From Octopus sinensis (Eukaryota), in contig NC_043010.1 of the NCBI RefSeq assembly GCF_006345805.1, positions 44,144,001 to 44,208,000 on the forward strand: a DNA stretch of 64,000 nt. The letters are read 5' to 3'. The notes below the pieces were generated by a model. That model made no database searches. It was not told the origin of the DNA and worked only from the letters and a program-made list of their open reading frames with translations. The number at the start of each line of letters is the position of its first letter. Position 1 is the stretch's first letter. A program made the translations under genes and the position numbers. Below, in pieces: positions 48,649 to 61,410 of the stretch.

Positions 48649-50080
48649 TACAAGTGCATCACTAAGATTTCACATAATATTCTCCCCAGATTTGTTCCGT
48701 AGAGGTAATAACTTTCATGAAGTATGCAGGGATACATATATTTCAATTCTATTGTTAATACCTTTAAAATTATGATTTCAAAACAAGATGTTTCACTTAT
48801 GATTATTATGCCAATGGCTGTTGGTTTTATAAGAAAATATTTACAAGAAAATATTAAAGAAAGAAATATGAGCAATAGCTCCTGGTAATTCTAAATCATA
48901 TTTTCGAAGATATTCTTTTTTATTTACTAAATCTTGTCAGAAATGAAAATCTAATCTCAATATTGAATGACATAGCTAACAGGATGCATATATGGAAAAA
49001 TTAGAGCAAGTTATAACAACATACTTGTTCTTGATTTATAGTAGTTGCTAAGAGCATCTAATTTATTATTAACAACTAATCGAAATAATTTTCTCAGTAT
49101 TATAAATATTATAGAGTTATCAAATGGAAATAAAAAGATGATTACTGTGGTGCAACTATATAAGTGTGAAAAGATAGCATTAGAGCAATGTGCATTTTTT
49201 GTGTCTTGCCCTGTAAAGAATGATGTCCAGTTGCAGTTTGGGTTCATTGTGATATATATATAAATATATATTAGTTGGCAACTAGTTAGTCATCAGCTGG
49301 TAGATGTAGCTGCAATATAAACCTGAATCCTGATGGGCTGGCAAAATAAAACAGTGAATCAACTTCAATAGCCATGCAGTACGCTTAAAGTGCAATAAAA
49401 AAAAAATTATATATTATATATAAAGCATGCTCAAAATGTTATACTTGGCTTAAGAACAAGAACTGTAGTGTTGGTGTTGTGATTCAAGGGCTTCAAAGGG
49501 TTTAGAAAAACTCTTCTGTGAATTGCAATAATCAAGTTAAAACATGATCAAGATTGATTTGGCTGATTATTTGCTTGGGTGATAAATTTTATGTGGTGTT
49601 TGTAAGTATTAATCTTTGTGTGGAAAGAAAAAAATAGCTTATAATAGTTATATAAAGAAAAGGGAGTTGCTGAAGGATAGATAGCCAGCAGTGAAATATA
49701 ACTAAACAGATATGTATCATATATAGAACTGATTAAAGGCATAGCGTTTACCCTTAAATCAACATGCAGGATAAGGCCTAGTGCAGGGATATGTATTCTG
49801 TTGCACATGTGCTCAGGAGTAAAGTAGGATACAACAATATTTAGGTGGTATGCATTATACATTACTGTTCCATAATGTAATAACATGTGAATATGCTCAA
49901 AATCACCAACAACATAAGAACATCAACACACCTGTCCAGATTATAACAAATACTGACCTTATCTGTTCAGAAGGGGCTTCAAAAACTACAGTCACTAGCT
50001 CTTCTCATTGGAATAAAAAAAATTAAAAAAACCTTTCTCTTCTTTTGTGAATTACTTGTTGTTATTAAAAATTCCAAAAG

Positions 50081-50983
50081 GACTCTGATGACATAGTAAA
50101 ACTGCAGAATAGCCTGAATGCAATATACAAATGAGCTGATGAAAGTAACATGGAGTTCAAAGATGAAAAGTTTAAAACACTCCACTATCGATTCACAAAG
50201 AAACTACAATCGGAAAACACAGAACCAAGGGGTGGTTCAATTCCACAGTCGCAGTCAGTGCATGACCTGGGAATCCACATGAGTAATGATGCAACATTCC
50301 ATGTGCATATTACCAAGATGGCAACACAGCAGGAAAGTAGCTGGATGGATTCTGAGATCATTCAGAACCAGGAGAAAGGATACAATGCTACTCCCATGGA
50401 AAACTTTTGGTCACCAATGTGTGTTAATTAAACTGGTGGCAGAAGTTGAGGCAATCCAGCATCACTACACAAAGATTGACTTGGTGAAACAGATAAGCTA
50501 CTGAGAAAGGCTACAGGAACAAAAACTCTACTGCCAGAAAGAAGGTGTGAAAAATATGGAGCGATATACATATGGAGGCTCATAGGTCTAGCTTCCAACT
50601 TTGGAATTGAAAGCTATACCAACTACTGAACTGGATAGCACTGCATAGTACTAAAGATTACAATTTCTCCATCTAGAATAAGGACTCAGTACTGTTACAG
50701 CTTGGGTTTCAAAGGTCCATAACTATTTAACATTTTGCCGAACAACTTCAGAAATTTGCGAGGTGTAGATGTTGAGGTCTTCAAAGAGCATCTGGATAAA
50801 TTTTTATTTGAGATACCAGATGAACTGACATCATGGCAAGAGGCACAAAGAAAAGTAGCTCAATTCAACTTGCTACTTCACCAGAAACTATACAGAAAAG
50901 AAACCCAAACACACTGTAAGGTGGTGCTCCAGCATGGCCTCAATCTCTGGCTGAAACCAGTAAAAGAAAAGATAAAAGATAAA
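50081..50983 (+). mobile_element. CR1-type LINE 3' end, 5'-truncated and degenerate
   Basis: Post-RT motifs *ADESNMEF...KF, DLGIHMSNDATF..HI, GWILRSF.TR, LFNILP..RNL.GVDVEVFK..LD.FL..IPDE; ends gtggtgctccagcatggcc...ctgaaaccagt(aaaag)n. Confidence 0.85.
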
Positions 50984-51361
50984 CTAGGTATAAATAATGA
51001 GGCATTGTAGTACCTGAAAGAGGCTGGCTTTAGTTGGAGGGCCAAATGCAAAATAAACAAATCAATCTTCAAACAGATTTTGGATTTTGCTTTTGGGTTT
51101 ACTTAAGTAAACATTTCCTGTCATAGGAATGAGATTTGAAGAGAAAAACTGAGTTTAGAATTTAGTAATTTAAAGAGGAGCACTTGTTTGTAAGCCAAAT
51201 ATATATACATATATATATACTTTCAAGAAATAAAATTAAAAGACAAAAACATAAGATAGATTTCAAATAAAATAAAAGAAGTAGGGTAGGTTATCCACAA
51301 AGGATGCCAACAATGTGGATCTAATAGTATTAGAAGATGGGCAGCAGTGTGTTGAAGTTAC

Positions 51362-51403
51362 CTGAGATGCATCTGAGCTGGACGGTTGCTGCTTGCCTGA
51401 ATC
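51362..51403 (-). CDS. Candidate 42-nt symmetric TACC exon (DSGKQQPSSSDASQ)
   Basis: Long pyrimidine tract ...ctttctcactctag acceptor, CAG|gtaact donor; open in all three frames, so frame is uncertain. Confidence 0.4.
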
Positions 51404-52824
51404 CTAGAGTGAGAAAGCCCAGGTGAAAAAAAATAACAAGTTACAAACATTGACATATAGTTTCAGATTAAGTGATTTTACAATAGTAAAGCAGGTTTGT
51501 GCATCTGTACATAGAGATACATTCGTAAGGACGGACGTTGAGTTGATGTGCTGGTTGGCTCAAATAGACAGACAGAAGCTGGATTGCTGACAGGCTGACA
51601 AAAAATGGGGGTAAGAACATTAAAAGTAATTAGGTTGATTTATGTGTCTATGTGTAAAGTGATCAGTGCTAGTATCTGAAACAAAGATAAGACAAAAGTA
51701 TAAAAGGCATATTCTAATAAACAAGATTTTATCATTTGGTGCACTAATGTCAATGAAACCTTTAGGATAATGATATAACTTAACACTGGATATTTAGCTC
51801 AAAAGTTAACGTATCAAAAGCAAACATGTATCCTTGCAAATTTATTAGCATCAGGCATTAAAATCAGGTACAATACCTCAAGTTGGAAAATATACAGGGG
51901 TGGGGGGAAACTGGATCTTTTTACAATTTCAAGCAGTCAGTTCACTATTCTAACCCTTCTAGCACAAATATGCAATTTAGGATATCCACTAATGTACTAG
52001 TCTGATTTATAACTGCATTATATAGCAGCTGATCTGTGCTATTGATTAGGAAAAAAAGCCAAGTATATCTCTGAGGAGCGGTCAACAAATTATGAAATGG
52101 TCTTCCAGGAAACTCCCTCTGTCTTTTACTGTACATAATAGCATAAAAAGAATGTGTTTACATAATTAGTTCACCCACAGTAAAGCTTTGTAATATTCAA
52201 ACTTAATTAAATTCTTTTTCAATTGTAATTTTGTAAAGGAATCTTCAATTCAACTTTTAACATGAATAAATTTTGTTAAAAATAATTTATAAATATATAT
52301 AAAACCAAAAGTTGTACATTATAGATAGATGAATAACTAAAATAAAGTTTCAGTTACAGATGAAAATGTTGCATCACACACATCTTGGTTCTAAATGCAT
52401 GGGCATGAGATAATTATAGATTAAGAATTAAAATGTTACTGTCTTTCTTTTAATTATTACCACATATCAGACCTGGATTTATATTTCCTACTTTATCTAA
52501 AAAAATTAAATTTTCCAGCTTCAAAGAGATTTACATATGGCAGGTGAAATAACCAGGCACAGAAAAGAACTATGACACACCAGCACTTTTTTCCATGGTC
52601 AAGCCATAAATAATAAAGAACTGCTTTTAACTATAATGAATAAAATGTATCAAAATACTGCATATGAGCACATTTTTTCCCATCTTATACAGTTTTTATA
52701 GCTGAACAATATTTAGAAAATAAGGGTTTTCTTTGGAATATTTTTCATAATATTTTTTCTTTTAATTTTTGTTATTGACATAAAATAAACAACAAAATAC
52801 ACTCAACAAAGCGATTGCATAAGT

Positions 52825-53346
52825 CAGGGGTGGGGAAACTTTTTAGTGTGGCAGGCAAAAAAAAGGTCCACAGGCAGATCACAAATTCTAACTCCCATAT
52901 CTAAGTAAATTTTGTACATATCTAGGTATAATTTGATATACATTAATAAAGATAAGTTCAAAACATTAAATTAATACGTAACATCTTCATTAACGCTGCT
53001 ACTAAATTTAAGACGTTTATATTACATATGAGGCGTTCTATATTTTTCAGCTAGAGTGTAGTTGGGGCTCAAGGGGGTGGTACAAACCAAGTAATATGTG
53101 TTTTATGGTGAAAACAATATTTCCATTCAAATGGTAATTACTGGATGATTTTCAAGTTGAGTCTAAGTATTTTAAGTTGTAGTGGAAACGTGACCTATGT
53201 CGCAAATAGGCATATGAATATTGTATAAATTTCATAACTGAAAATTTACTATATTTTGTACATATGAGTATACCAGTCTGCGGGTGCAATAAAATGGGGT
53301 TGCAGGTGCAATTGCACCTGTGGGCAGGGGTTTCCCCCACACACTG
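52825..53346. mobile_element. hAT-like MITE (degenerate)
   Basis: caggggtggggaaac start and gtttcccccacacactg end; subterminal 18-bp palindrome caggtgcaattgcacctg. Confidence 0.5.
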
Positions 53347-53742
53347 CATTATAATTATATAATATAACATTGTATTTATGGAAAAGTTAAATATTTATGT
53401 GTGGAAGAACAGTGATGCAGTTTCAGACAAAATTTTATATCTCAGTTGACAAATATTAAAGGAATTTTGTGAGTGAAAATATCTCCGAATTATTAAATAA
53501 TTTTATGGAGAATTCCTAAGGTTTATATAAATTAAAAATTGCTCATATGTAGCTAGAAGAGAAATTCTAATTCACAAGTGAAAGTTCATTTCATTCAGTC
53601 ATACATACATTTGTACATACATATATACCCCCCCCCCCAAAAAAAAAACAACAACAAACAAACCATTATATGCTACACAAAAGAAGTTCAACATAATTTT
53701 TCACAAGTACTATATAAAGAAATGCAAGAAAATTTATCTTAC

Positions 53743-53770
53743 TGAATGTCTTCGTGAAAAGACGATTCAT
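53743..53770 (-). CDS. Candidate 28-nt TACC micro-exon ((D)ESSFHEDI)
   Basis: tttaccag acceptor, CA|gtaaga donor; phase-compatible with 54857-54899 read as MLMMMKP-D. Confidence 0.35.
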
Positions 53771-54856
53771 CTGGTAAATTCTTTAGAACATTTGTAAAAT
53801 TTTCATTATAACAATTTTAGTAAATGCAAATAAAATCCATGCAAGAACAATGTAAATTGATTGGTTAATGTGGAAAGTAAGAGAATCAACAACGCCCAGC
53901 ATAAGAAATATTTTGCAATGGCTGAATTGTTGAAAATGTTGAAACAAAAAAAGGCAAAAAACAAGGAACTTTAAAGGAAATTATATGCTATGAAAAAATT
54001 TGTGAATATTGCTATGCAGACACAAACTTTTCAATGGTTTTGCAATGATAAAGGAATAATAACAATAATAATAATATTAATATATATGTTTAAATGAAAC
54101 ATTAAGAATCTCTCAGAAACCAAGATTACTATGTCACCACTTGTAACAATAACAACAACTGCTATTGTTGAAATTGGAATAATCTGTTATATCAAAAAGT
54201 AAAATAATTAAATTGATGAAGTATTAGATCACTGAGGCTTGGAGTTATTAGTTTATATTCCATTGCATTCAGTTATGGTCTCTTGGTAAAAACAATTTTA
54301 TTTGTTTTACTTCTCATCTATTCATTTAATATATGGGTATTAGCCTAATCAAATCTGAAATGCAAGTAATGTTTTCATCACCTAATTATTTATAGCTATT
54401 TTAAAAAATATTTCCAGCTAAACACCTCATTTGAAAAGCAAGAAGTAACATGACTATTACAATGTTTCCTAATAAAATGAAACTAAGCAATGTATAAAAA
54501 CAAATGAAGAAAGATTAAAATCATGAAGAAATGCCAAACAAAATGAATATTGACAGAAATAAGGAATTTAACAACCCAGACCTATATAATTTTACAAAAG
54601 AATAAATTTTATATAGTTAAATGGAAAGAAACCAAAACAAAAAAAGCAGTTACTGTTACCACCACTACCACACCCATTACTATTTTATCAGCTCTGAATA
54701 AATTTAACCGAGGAATTATAGACAGAAACAGAGCTGGTTTAATATTTAAAAAATTGTAAAAATTACTTTTTGCTGAGCGATTCAACTAAATTTTATCCAA
54801 CAAAACTCAGGCAATAAAGACCACACACACACAGAGACGAATTTACTATTTCTCAC

Positions 54857-54899
54857 CAGGCTTCATCATCATAAGCATAGTAGGTAGAGTATGGTATTG
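54857..54899 (-). CDS. Candidate TACC exon, or end of an alternative first exon (...MLMMMKP-)
   Basis: ttctttttcag acceptor and CTG|gtgaga donor; open in two frames; no recognisable conserved motif. Confidence 0.35.
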
Positions 54900-56369
54900 C
54901 TGAAAAAGAATTCTCCAATGGAATTATATTAATGATGACCTGAATAAGCCAAAGCGAACCACTTGTGAAAGGGATATTTAATTTCTTAAGGCCTTCCAAG
55001 CAAAATCTTTAATGTTGCTTTGCATCTATTCCTGCCTCTATATGATTGCTCACCATATTACAAATAACAACCAAATTTCTCCTTTCATCTTAAATAAATT
55101 GCATTCGAATAGAATGCATTTGATCATTTATAGACCTTCTCAATCAGGGCTGACTTAGCACTGAACAACAACAGTTTTATACTAACTACTTCAATTTAAA
55201 AACAATTTGTTGGTGAAGGCAAAGGTGGTGTTGTTGAATTTGTCTGCTTTATGATCAGATGACACAAATTCAGCAGCAAGGCTGCCTGGTAATGCACTTT
55301 CCCCATCTCTCATTGACGAGTTTTTTTCCCTCAATGATTATTATGTCATGATAAATGAAAACAAACTTTTGACTGAGGCAAAATATATATTGACAAGGCT
55401 CCCAAGAAACAAGGGACTTTAAACAAGAAGGAACTCTCTAGCAGTTACTGGACCCCTTCCTCTCAATGACTGTACAAATTTGAACAGAAAAACTGCAACT
55501 TTCAGGATGAACACAATAGCTTGTAAACAAACTTTCTGGAGCCAAAGTTAAGCTAGCAATAATAATGATAATAACAACTGATACATTGGTGAACAGAAAA
55601 GCCGCACTCTTTGAACAAGAAAACCAGGAAACTGTATCAATAATTGCTGAGTCTTTAGGTACATTGAGTAATAAGTGGGTTGGAAGAGATAGGCATAAAA
55701 CTGAAAATAGAACATGTCCAGAAAACAGATTACTTAGCAGTGCAAAGAATCTCAGCAAAGTCCTCGAGGCTTGAAAAAAAAAAAAACATACTACCTTAGT
55801 ACACAGGAAGTGAACAGCTAGTACATTAACAACACTTCAAGTAAGAAGCTGAGTATGTCAGGTAATAATAATAATAATAATAAAAATTAGTCCTGGGCAA
55901 ACTTACTTAACTGACTAAAAAATAGTAACAGAATAAAATCAAATAAAAATATAAATCCAGGTAGAACTTAATTATATACTGTAGGGTTGACTGCACATTC
56001 TTTTCAGATGTGCAGTCAACCCTACTGAATATAATTACATTCTGCTTATATATTCTAAATATATAAACAATCTTAGTAACCCAATAAGAACTGAATTATT
56101 GGAGGTTTAATATGCTTTGCTATCAGAATGATACAAATTAAATTTTAAGAAAATGCAAGGCCAAGAGCTTGCTAGTAAGAAAAAATGAAGTTTGTAAAAG
56201 TAGTTACAGTTCATCAAATACTACAGAACAATGATGCAATATATCAAAAATTTTTTGTGGTTTATTTATAAATGTACTTATATCAATATGTTTAAACATT
56301 TTAAAAGCAGAAGTTGAGTTGTATTCTTGGTTGTGCAAAAACCAGCATCACTAATCAATTTTAATTAGA

Positions 56370-56560
56370 AAGTGACAAATTTGGGGATAGGGGTATAATT
56401 GATTAAATCAACCCTAAATATCTGACTGGAACCTATTTTACAAAGCTCAGACAGATGGATGACTTAGTCAGTCGGACAGCATTTGAATAAAAAAACATGG
56501 AAGGATATAAAGTAAGTAAATCTGCAAAGTGTTTCCTCTAATGCTATACCAATTCTGCAA
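56370..56560 (-). mobile_element. Degenerate SINE family C
   Basis: caaatttggggataggggtataattgattaaatcaaccc...gactggaacctatttt. Confidence 0.55.
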
Positions 56561-56789
56561 TTATCACTTTTAAGATGAAAGTAATGAACCCAAAACTAGA
56601 AACTAGTATCACTTTTGGTGGGCCAAGAGTTATGCAGCAAGATTAAAATTCATTTAAAAACAAAACTTTATATTCATATAAAATAAGTGATACTTATATT
56701 TTGATGATCCAATTCTTCAACCAACTGAACTAGCTACTTACTGTATAACAGTCCAGGTGGCTATGTGCTCCAGAGACACATACTCTTAA

Positions 56790-57032
56790 CCCCTTTGATA
56801 CCAACCTGCCTAATACTGCACCCGGTTCTGTTTTAAAGTGATCTAAATTAAAACTTTGCAACAAAATTTCATATTAATTTTTGTCCTAAACACCAATTTA
56901 ATATACGACGGGCTTCTTTCAGTTTCCGTCTACCAAATGTTGAAAATATTATTTTATTTATTTTACTACTTTCATTATTTTCAAAATTAACTGAAGACAG
57001 CAAATTTTAAGAGAAATATGGTAACAAAAGGA
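56790..57032 (+). mobile_element. piggyBac-like MITE with TTAA TSDs
   Basis: TTAA at 56786-89 and 57033-36; TIR-like ends cccctttgatacca / tggtaacaaaagga; same family as 9406-9625. Confidence 0.8.
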
Positions 57033-57593
57033 TTAATGTGATCCTTAGGCAAAATCAGTCTGACTGTGAGCAACAAAGCTCATCCCTTGAATTACAGGTA
57101 AAGTCCATCCAACAGGTTTCCACATAGGTTCAGTCTATCCAAATTTATTTACATGGCTCGGACTGACCTGAGGCCATGGCAAAGATACCAAGCAATGGGA
57201 TTGAACTATAGACATCATGATTACAAAGTGAACTTTTCTAACAGGTCAATCATGGTACTATGTAGAGGTTTAGCTTATGTCACTGAGTGATGGCAAATAT
57301 TGTTTGTCACATTAAGGTAGATATATTTGGTGTTATTTTACCTCTTAAAAAGAAAAAAAGGAAAGAAGGCATATTGGATACCCTCATTTGTCTGATAAAC
57401 AACAACGGCAACAACTGTTGGTAACGTAGACCTCTATAGTATCTGTTTTTGTTGATGTTAAACCAACGATGGTTAGATGACACAACTCCAGTGATTTTGC
57501 TTATGTTATGGACAATATCATTAATGAGGACTGGTAGGTAAATTGTTCAAGTATCAGTTATTAATAATGCTATAACTTCTCAACAGTGTAAAG

Positions 57594-57939
57594 CAGTGAT
57601 TCTCAACCTGGGTTCATATAAGATTTTTGGGGGTTCAAGCAAGCAAAATAGGGGATTTTAGGGGTCCATGAAAAAATGTTGTATTAGATGTATTTATTGC
57701 GGAAAACAATTAGGTTTCTTTCTTTCATGTTTTATATAGCTCAACATATTCCTGGCCTTTGTAACATGTTCTCTAAGAGAGTTCTATTGCAAATATACAC
57801 AAGTGAGTGGGTGAAAAACAAAATTGTGAAAGAAGTATCAATAAAACTAGTTTTTAAACACTGAATGTCTACAAGGATCCACTAGAGTAAAACAGTAACC
57901 AAAGAGGTCCATAGGCTAAAAGATGGTTGAGAGCCGTTA
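57594..57939. mobile_element. hAT-type MITE with 8-bp TSD
   Basis: cagtgattctc...gagagccgtta; TSD gtgtaaag / gtctaaag; same family as 17390-17703. Confidence 0.8.
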
Positions 57940-60900
57940 GTCTAAAGAATAATTCAGAAAGGAAGAAAGACTGAGAAAAAGAGAGATAAAAGGAAATTAA
58001 GGATCGGAGAAAGAGCAAAAAAGATTATTTAACCTAGACAAAAGCTTTGTTCAAATTTAGAAACAATTAGAATAAAAATAAAACCTGATGTGTGCATAAA
58101 ACTGATTTTTTGAAAAAGAAATCCAAAGTAATTCTACAGTGGAAGAAAAAACAAAACAGAGAGTATTAGGGAGAAGGGGTATGACAAGTAATAACAGAGA
58201 GATGTTTTGACAACTACTTGGTGATATAGAAAGGAGAAAAATGAATGAACAAACATGAGAGAGAGAGAATGGTGGAAACCAGAATGGAAGCTGTTTATTA
58301 AGAAATAACAATCCTAAAAATTAAGAAATCTATACATGTACATTAGGCAGGAAAAACTATGTAACATTTAAAGTAGATGTTTACCCACCAAAAGGAAGGG
58401 AATAAGAAAGATTTCTGCTGAATAAGGATGAAATCCAAAGTGGTGCCTGGTAATGGTAATAGTCATAATGGTGGTGAGAGGGGGAGGGGACAACAACAAC
58501 ATCAATGGAAAGCAACTTAATTCAAACTATAGAAACTAAATATTATAAGCTAACTTTTGAAGTAGGAGTGGGATAATGACTCGGAGTTAAATAACTGGCA
58601 TGTTCCAGTTGAAAGAATGTATGTAAATATATGTATGTTTGTAGTCACACACATGTACGCACACACACACACACACACTCATATCATGCATAGTAAGGCA
58701 TATTTGACAACAAGCAGCTCTGATGTTTGGGTTTAGTAAAACGAGTTATTTAACAGTTTATATCACTCACAGATGCACACCTATAAAAAAGTGAGTACAA
58801 GCTTAACTTACAATTTAGAGATCAATCCAGGAACCAACAGTTAATGGAACCAATCCATTGAAAGAATCTATATTGTTATACAGTACATAGCAAAGAGGAG
58901 AGAAGAGATACAGAAAAATAGTGGGACTGAAGGGGAGAAAAAAAAAATTGACAAGTCACATGACCAATCACATGATCATTCTATTCATTGAGAAAGGGAA
59001 AAAAATTTGCATAACTTAGGGAATGTGTCTCATTTCCAACTGAGAGAGAGAGAGCGAGAAAGAGAGAGAGAGGGGGAGAGCAAGAGAGAAAGAGAGAGAA
59101 GAAAATAGAAAGCAGATATTTATTCTGTTTGGCAAGTTTTGTACCATTAACTACTTGATATATACATTAACATTAGACCAGCACATAACGTAACTGTGTT
59201 ATATATTAAAGAAGCTGGCGAAACATGATCTTTGCAATCATAAAGTGTGTGGTTAATTTAAAACAATAAAGGGAGAAAAGGTAGAGAAATATATATAAGA
59301 GAGAGAGAGAGAGAGAGAAAGAAAGAAAGAAAGACTGCAACAATATATTTAAGAAGGAGAATAGTCAAAAGCTTTGAGGTTCTACAGAAAGGTAACTATC
59401 AAACAATGAAATCAATCCTTGCTGTGATGGAAGCTGATATTTTCAGAGATTTTCAGATGGTTTTGTTTGGTCTTTATTTACAGACTAAAGAGAGAGATTG
59501 TGTATATGTGTGTGTGTGTTGGGGTGGGGGTGTTGTGAGAAGATGGGAAAGAGAAAGAGAAAAAAGTCTGTGAACAGAAAAAAAAGAAGAGAAGGATAAA
59601 GAGAAGTAGAGATTCTATACAAAGGGGGAAAAGAAAAGAACAAGGAAAGGGGAGAGAGAAGTTGAGAAAGAAGCAATCAGAAATGAATAGGTGAGGTTGA
59701 AAAGAAACCCGAAAAATAAATAAAAATAAAAGGATTAACAGAAAGAAACCGACCCCACCTATATGCTTCAGAATGGTGTTAGAGCTATTTACTAAAACAA
59801 AAGACCAACTGAAAGTGAAGTCATGAAAGATGTTTGGGGTTTCAAAGTTGTGTTATGCTACTGTCAAATAAGAAGCTAAACCTTAATTTATACTAGATGA
59901 GTTGAATGAATTGAACTCAGAATGTTAGTAGTACTTATACTGTCTCAACTATTTTCAACAGCGTCCTTGCTAAAACAATAATTTGAATTTCGATCAAAAG
60001 TAGACTCTTTTAAGGATAAAAGAATATTTGATTGAACTGAACCAATATATCAATTTTTTTTTATTGTTAATGTGGTGTCAAGAGAGATGAAAGAGATTGC
60101 TTTAACACAGAAAAGTGATACACTAAACTTAAATGCAAGAATAAACTGAGGTATAATAATAAAAAAAAAAACATCCACATTAAAGAACTGTTATGGCCAT
60201 TTAAAAACAAAATTTCCAACACATACTAGCAGTCTGGTCACTGACATGATTCCACTGCAATTCTTTCTAAGTTGCAGTGGAATTGTGAGTAGACTTTGCT
60301 GTGGAGATTTAATAAGACAGAAACATATCCAAAATTATTGCTGTACTTACTAAAGACCAGGCTCATCCATCAGCTCATGTCTTTGTTTAAACAATTTAAA
60401 TTCTCTTCCTTACTAAGGATTTGTTGTTAACACTAATGATTCTTCCTCATATAAATGTAATTTTAAAAATTAAAATTTCTTTCTGGTTAACAACATTAAC
60501 TGTATTATCCCACACTTATTTGTATAATGTACATGTAAGGAGTATTCCAGTGGAGAGATTTCAATTTGAACCAAGAATCAGGGATGTTGAAGGTATGATA
60601 TGACAGGAAAGGGAACAAACAAAATAATAATAATAATAAAAATCTAGTTACAAGACTCAACTGATAAATGAATTTCTTTAGCTTAGACAAGGGGTATAAT
60701 GGATGTAAAGGTTCTTTAAGTTAATATTGGAAAGTTAATCATAATAAAGGGTAAACAAAGAAGATTGAGAAACAATAAATAGGCAAGATAAGCTTGAAAG
60801 CATTGGACTTCACTGAAGGGATAACACAGAATTAAGACAAAGTAAGATGCTATATTGCAAATCTGTTGAACACTGTATATTAACACTAATGACAATTAAA

Positions 60901-61174
60901 GAATTCTTTACAATGTCCATTTTGAGGCAGATGGTTATTGCTTTTGTTTTATTGTCTGTGAAGTGAAAATATAGAATGTCTTTTGTATGAACAGAGGATT
61001 ATAATAATAATGATGATGATAGTGATGATAGCCATTGTCATCATTTGATGTCTGTTTTTTGTCATGCTGGCATAAAATGTGTCACAGAACCTCACCATCT
61101 GGCTCTGGCAGTAACAGGGGAAACTGCTAGAGTCTGTTACAGAGTATATCATGTTATCATTTGGAGAGGAGGAG

Positions 61175-61345
61175 AGAGTAGTCAATTCAGCTGGCCTCGG
61201 GCATTCAACTGGTACACATTTTACCAGTCCTCTACAGATGGAAGGTGAAGTTAATCTTAGCAAGTTTGAACTGAAAATGTAAAGACATAAAATGCTATTA
61301 AGCATTTTGTCTAGCATGCTAACAATTCTGCCAGCTTGCTGCCTT

Positions 61346-61410
<65 letters not shown>

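Noticed and set aside
53303-53320. 18-bp perfect palindrome as a regulatory site
   Set aside because: It lies in the subterminal region of a hAT-like MITE, which explains it.
55438-55758. 106-aa minus-strand ORF as a TACC exon
   Set aside because: Hydrophobic, noise-like composition; no convincing flanking splice sites; more likely UTR or intron.
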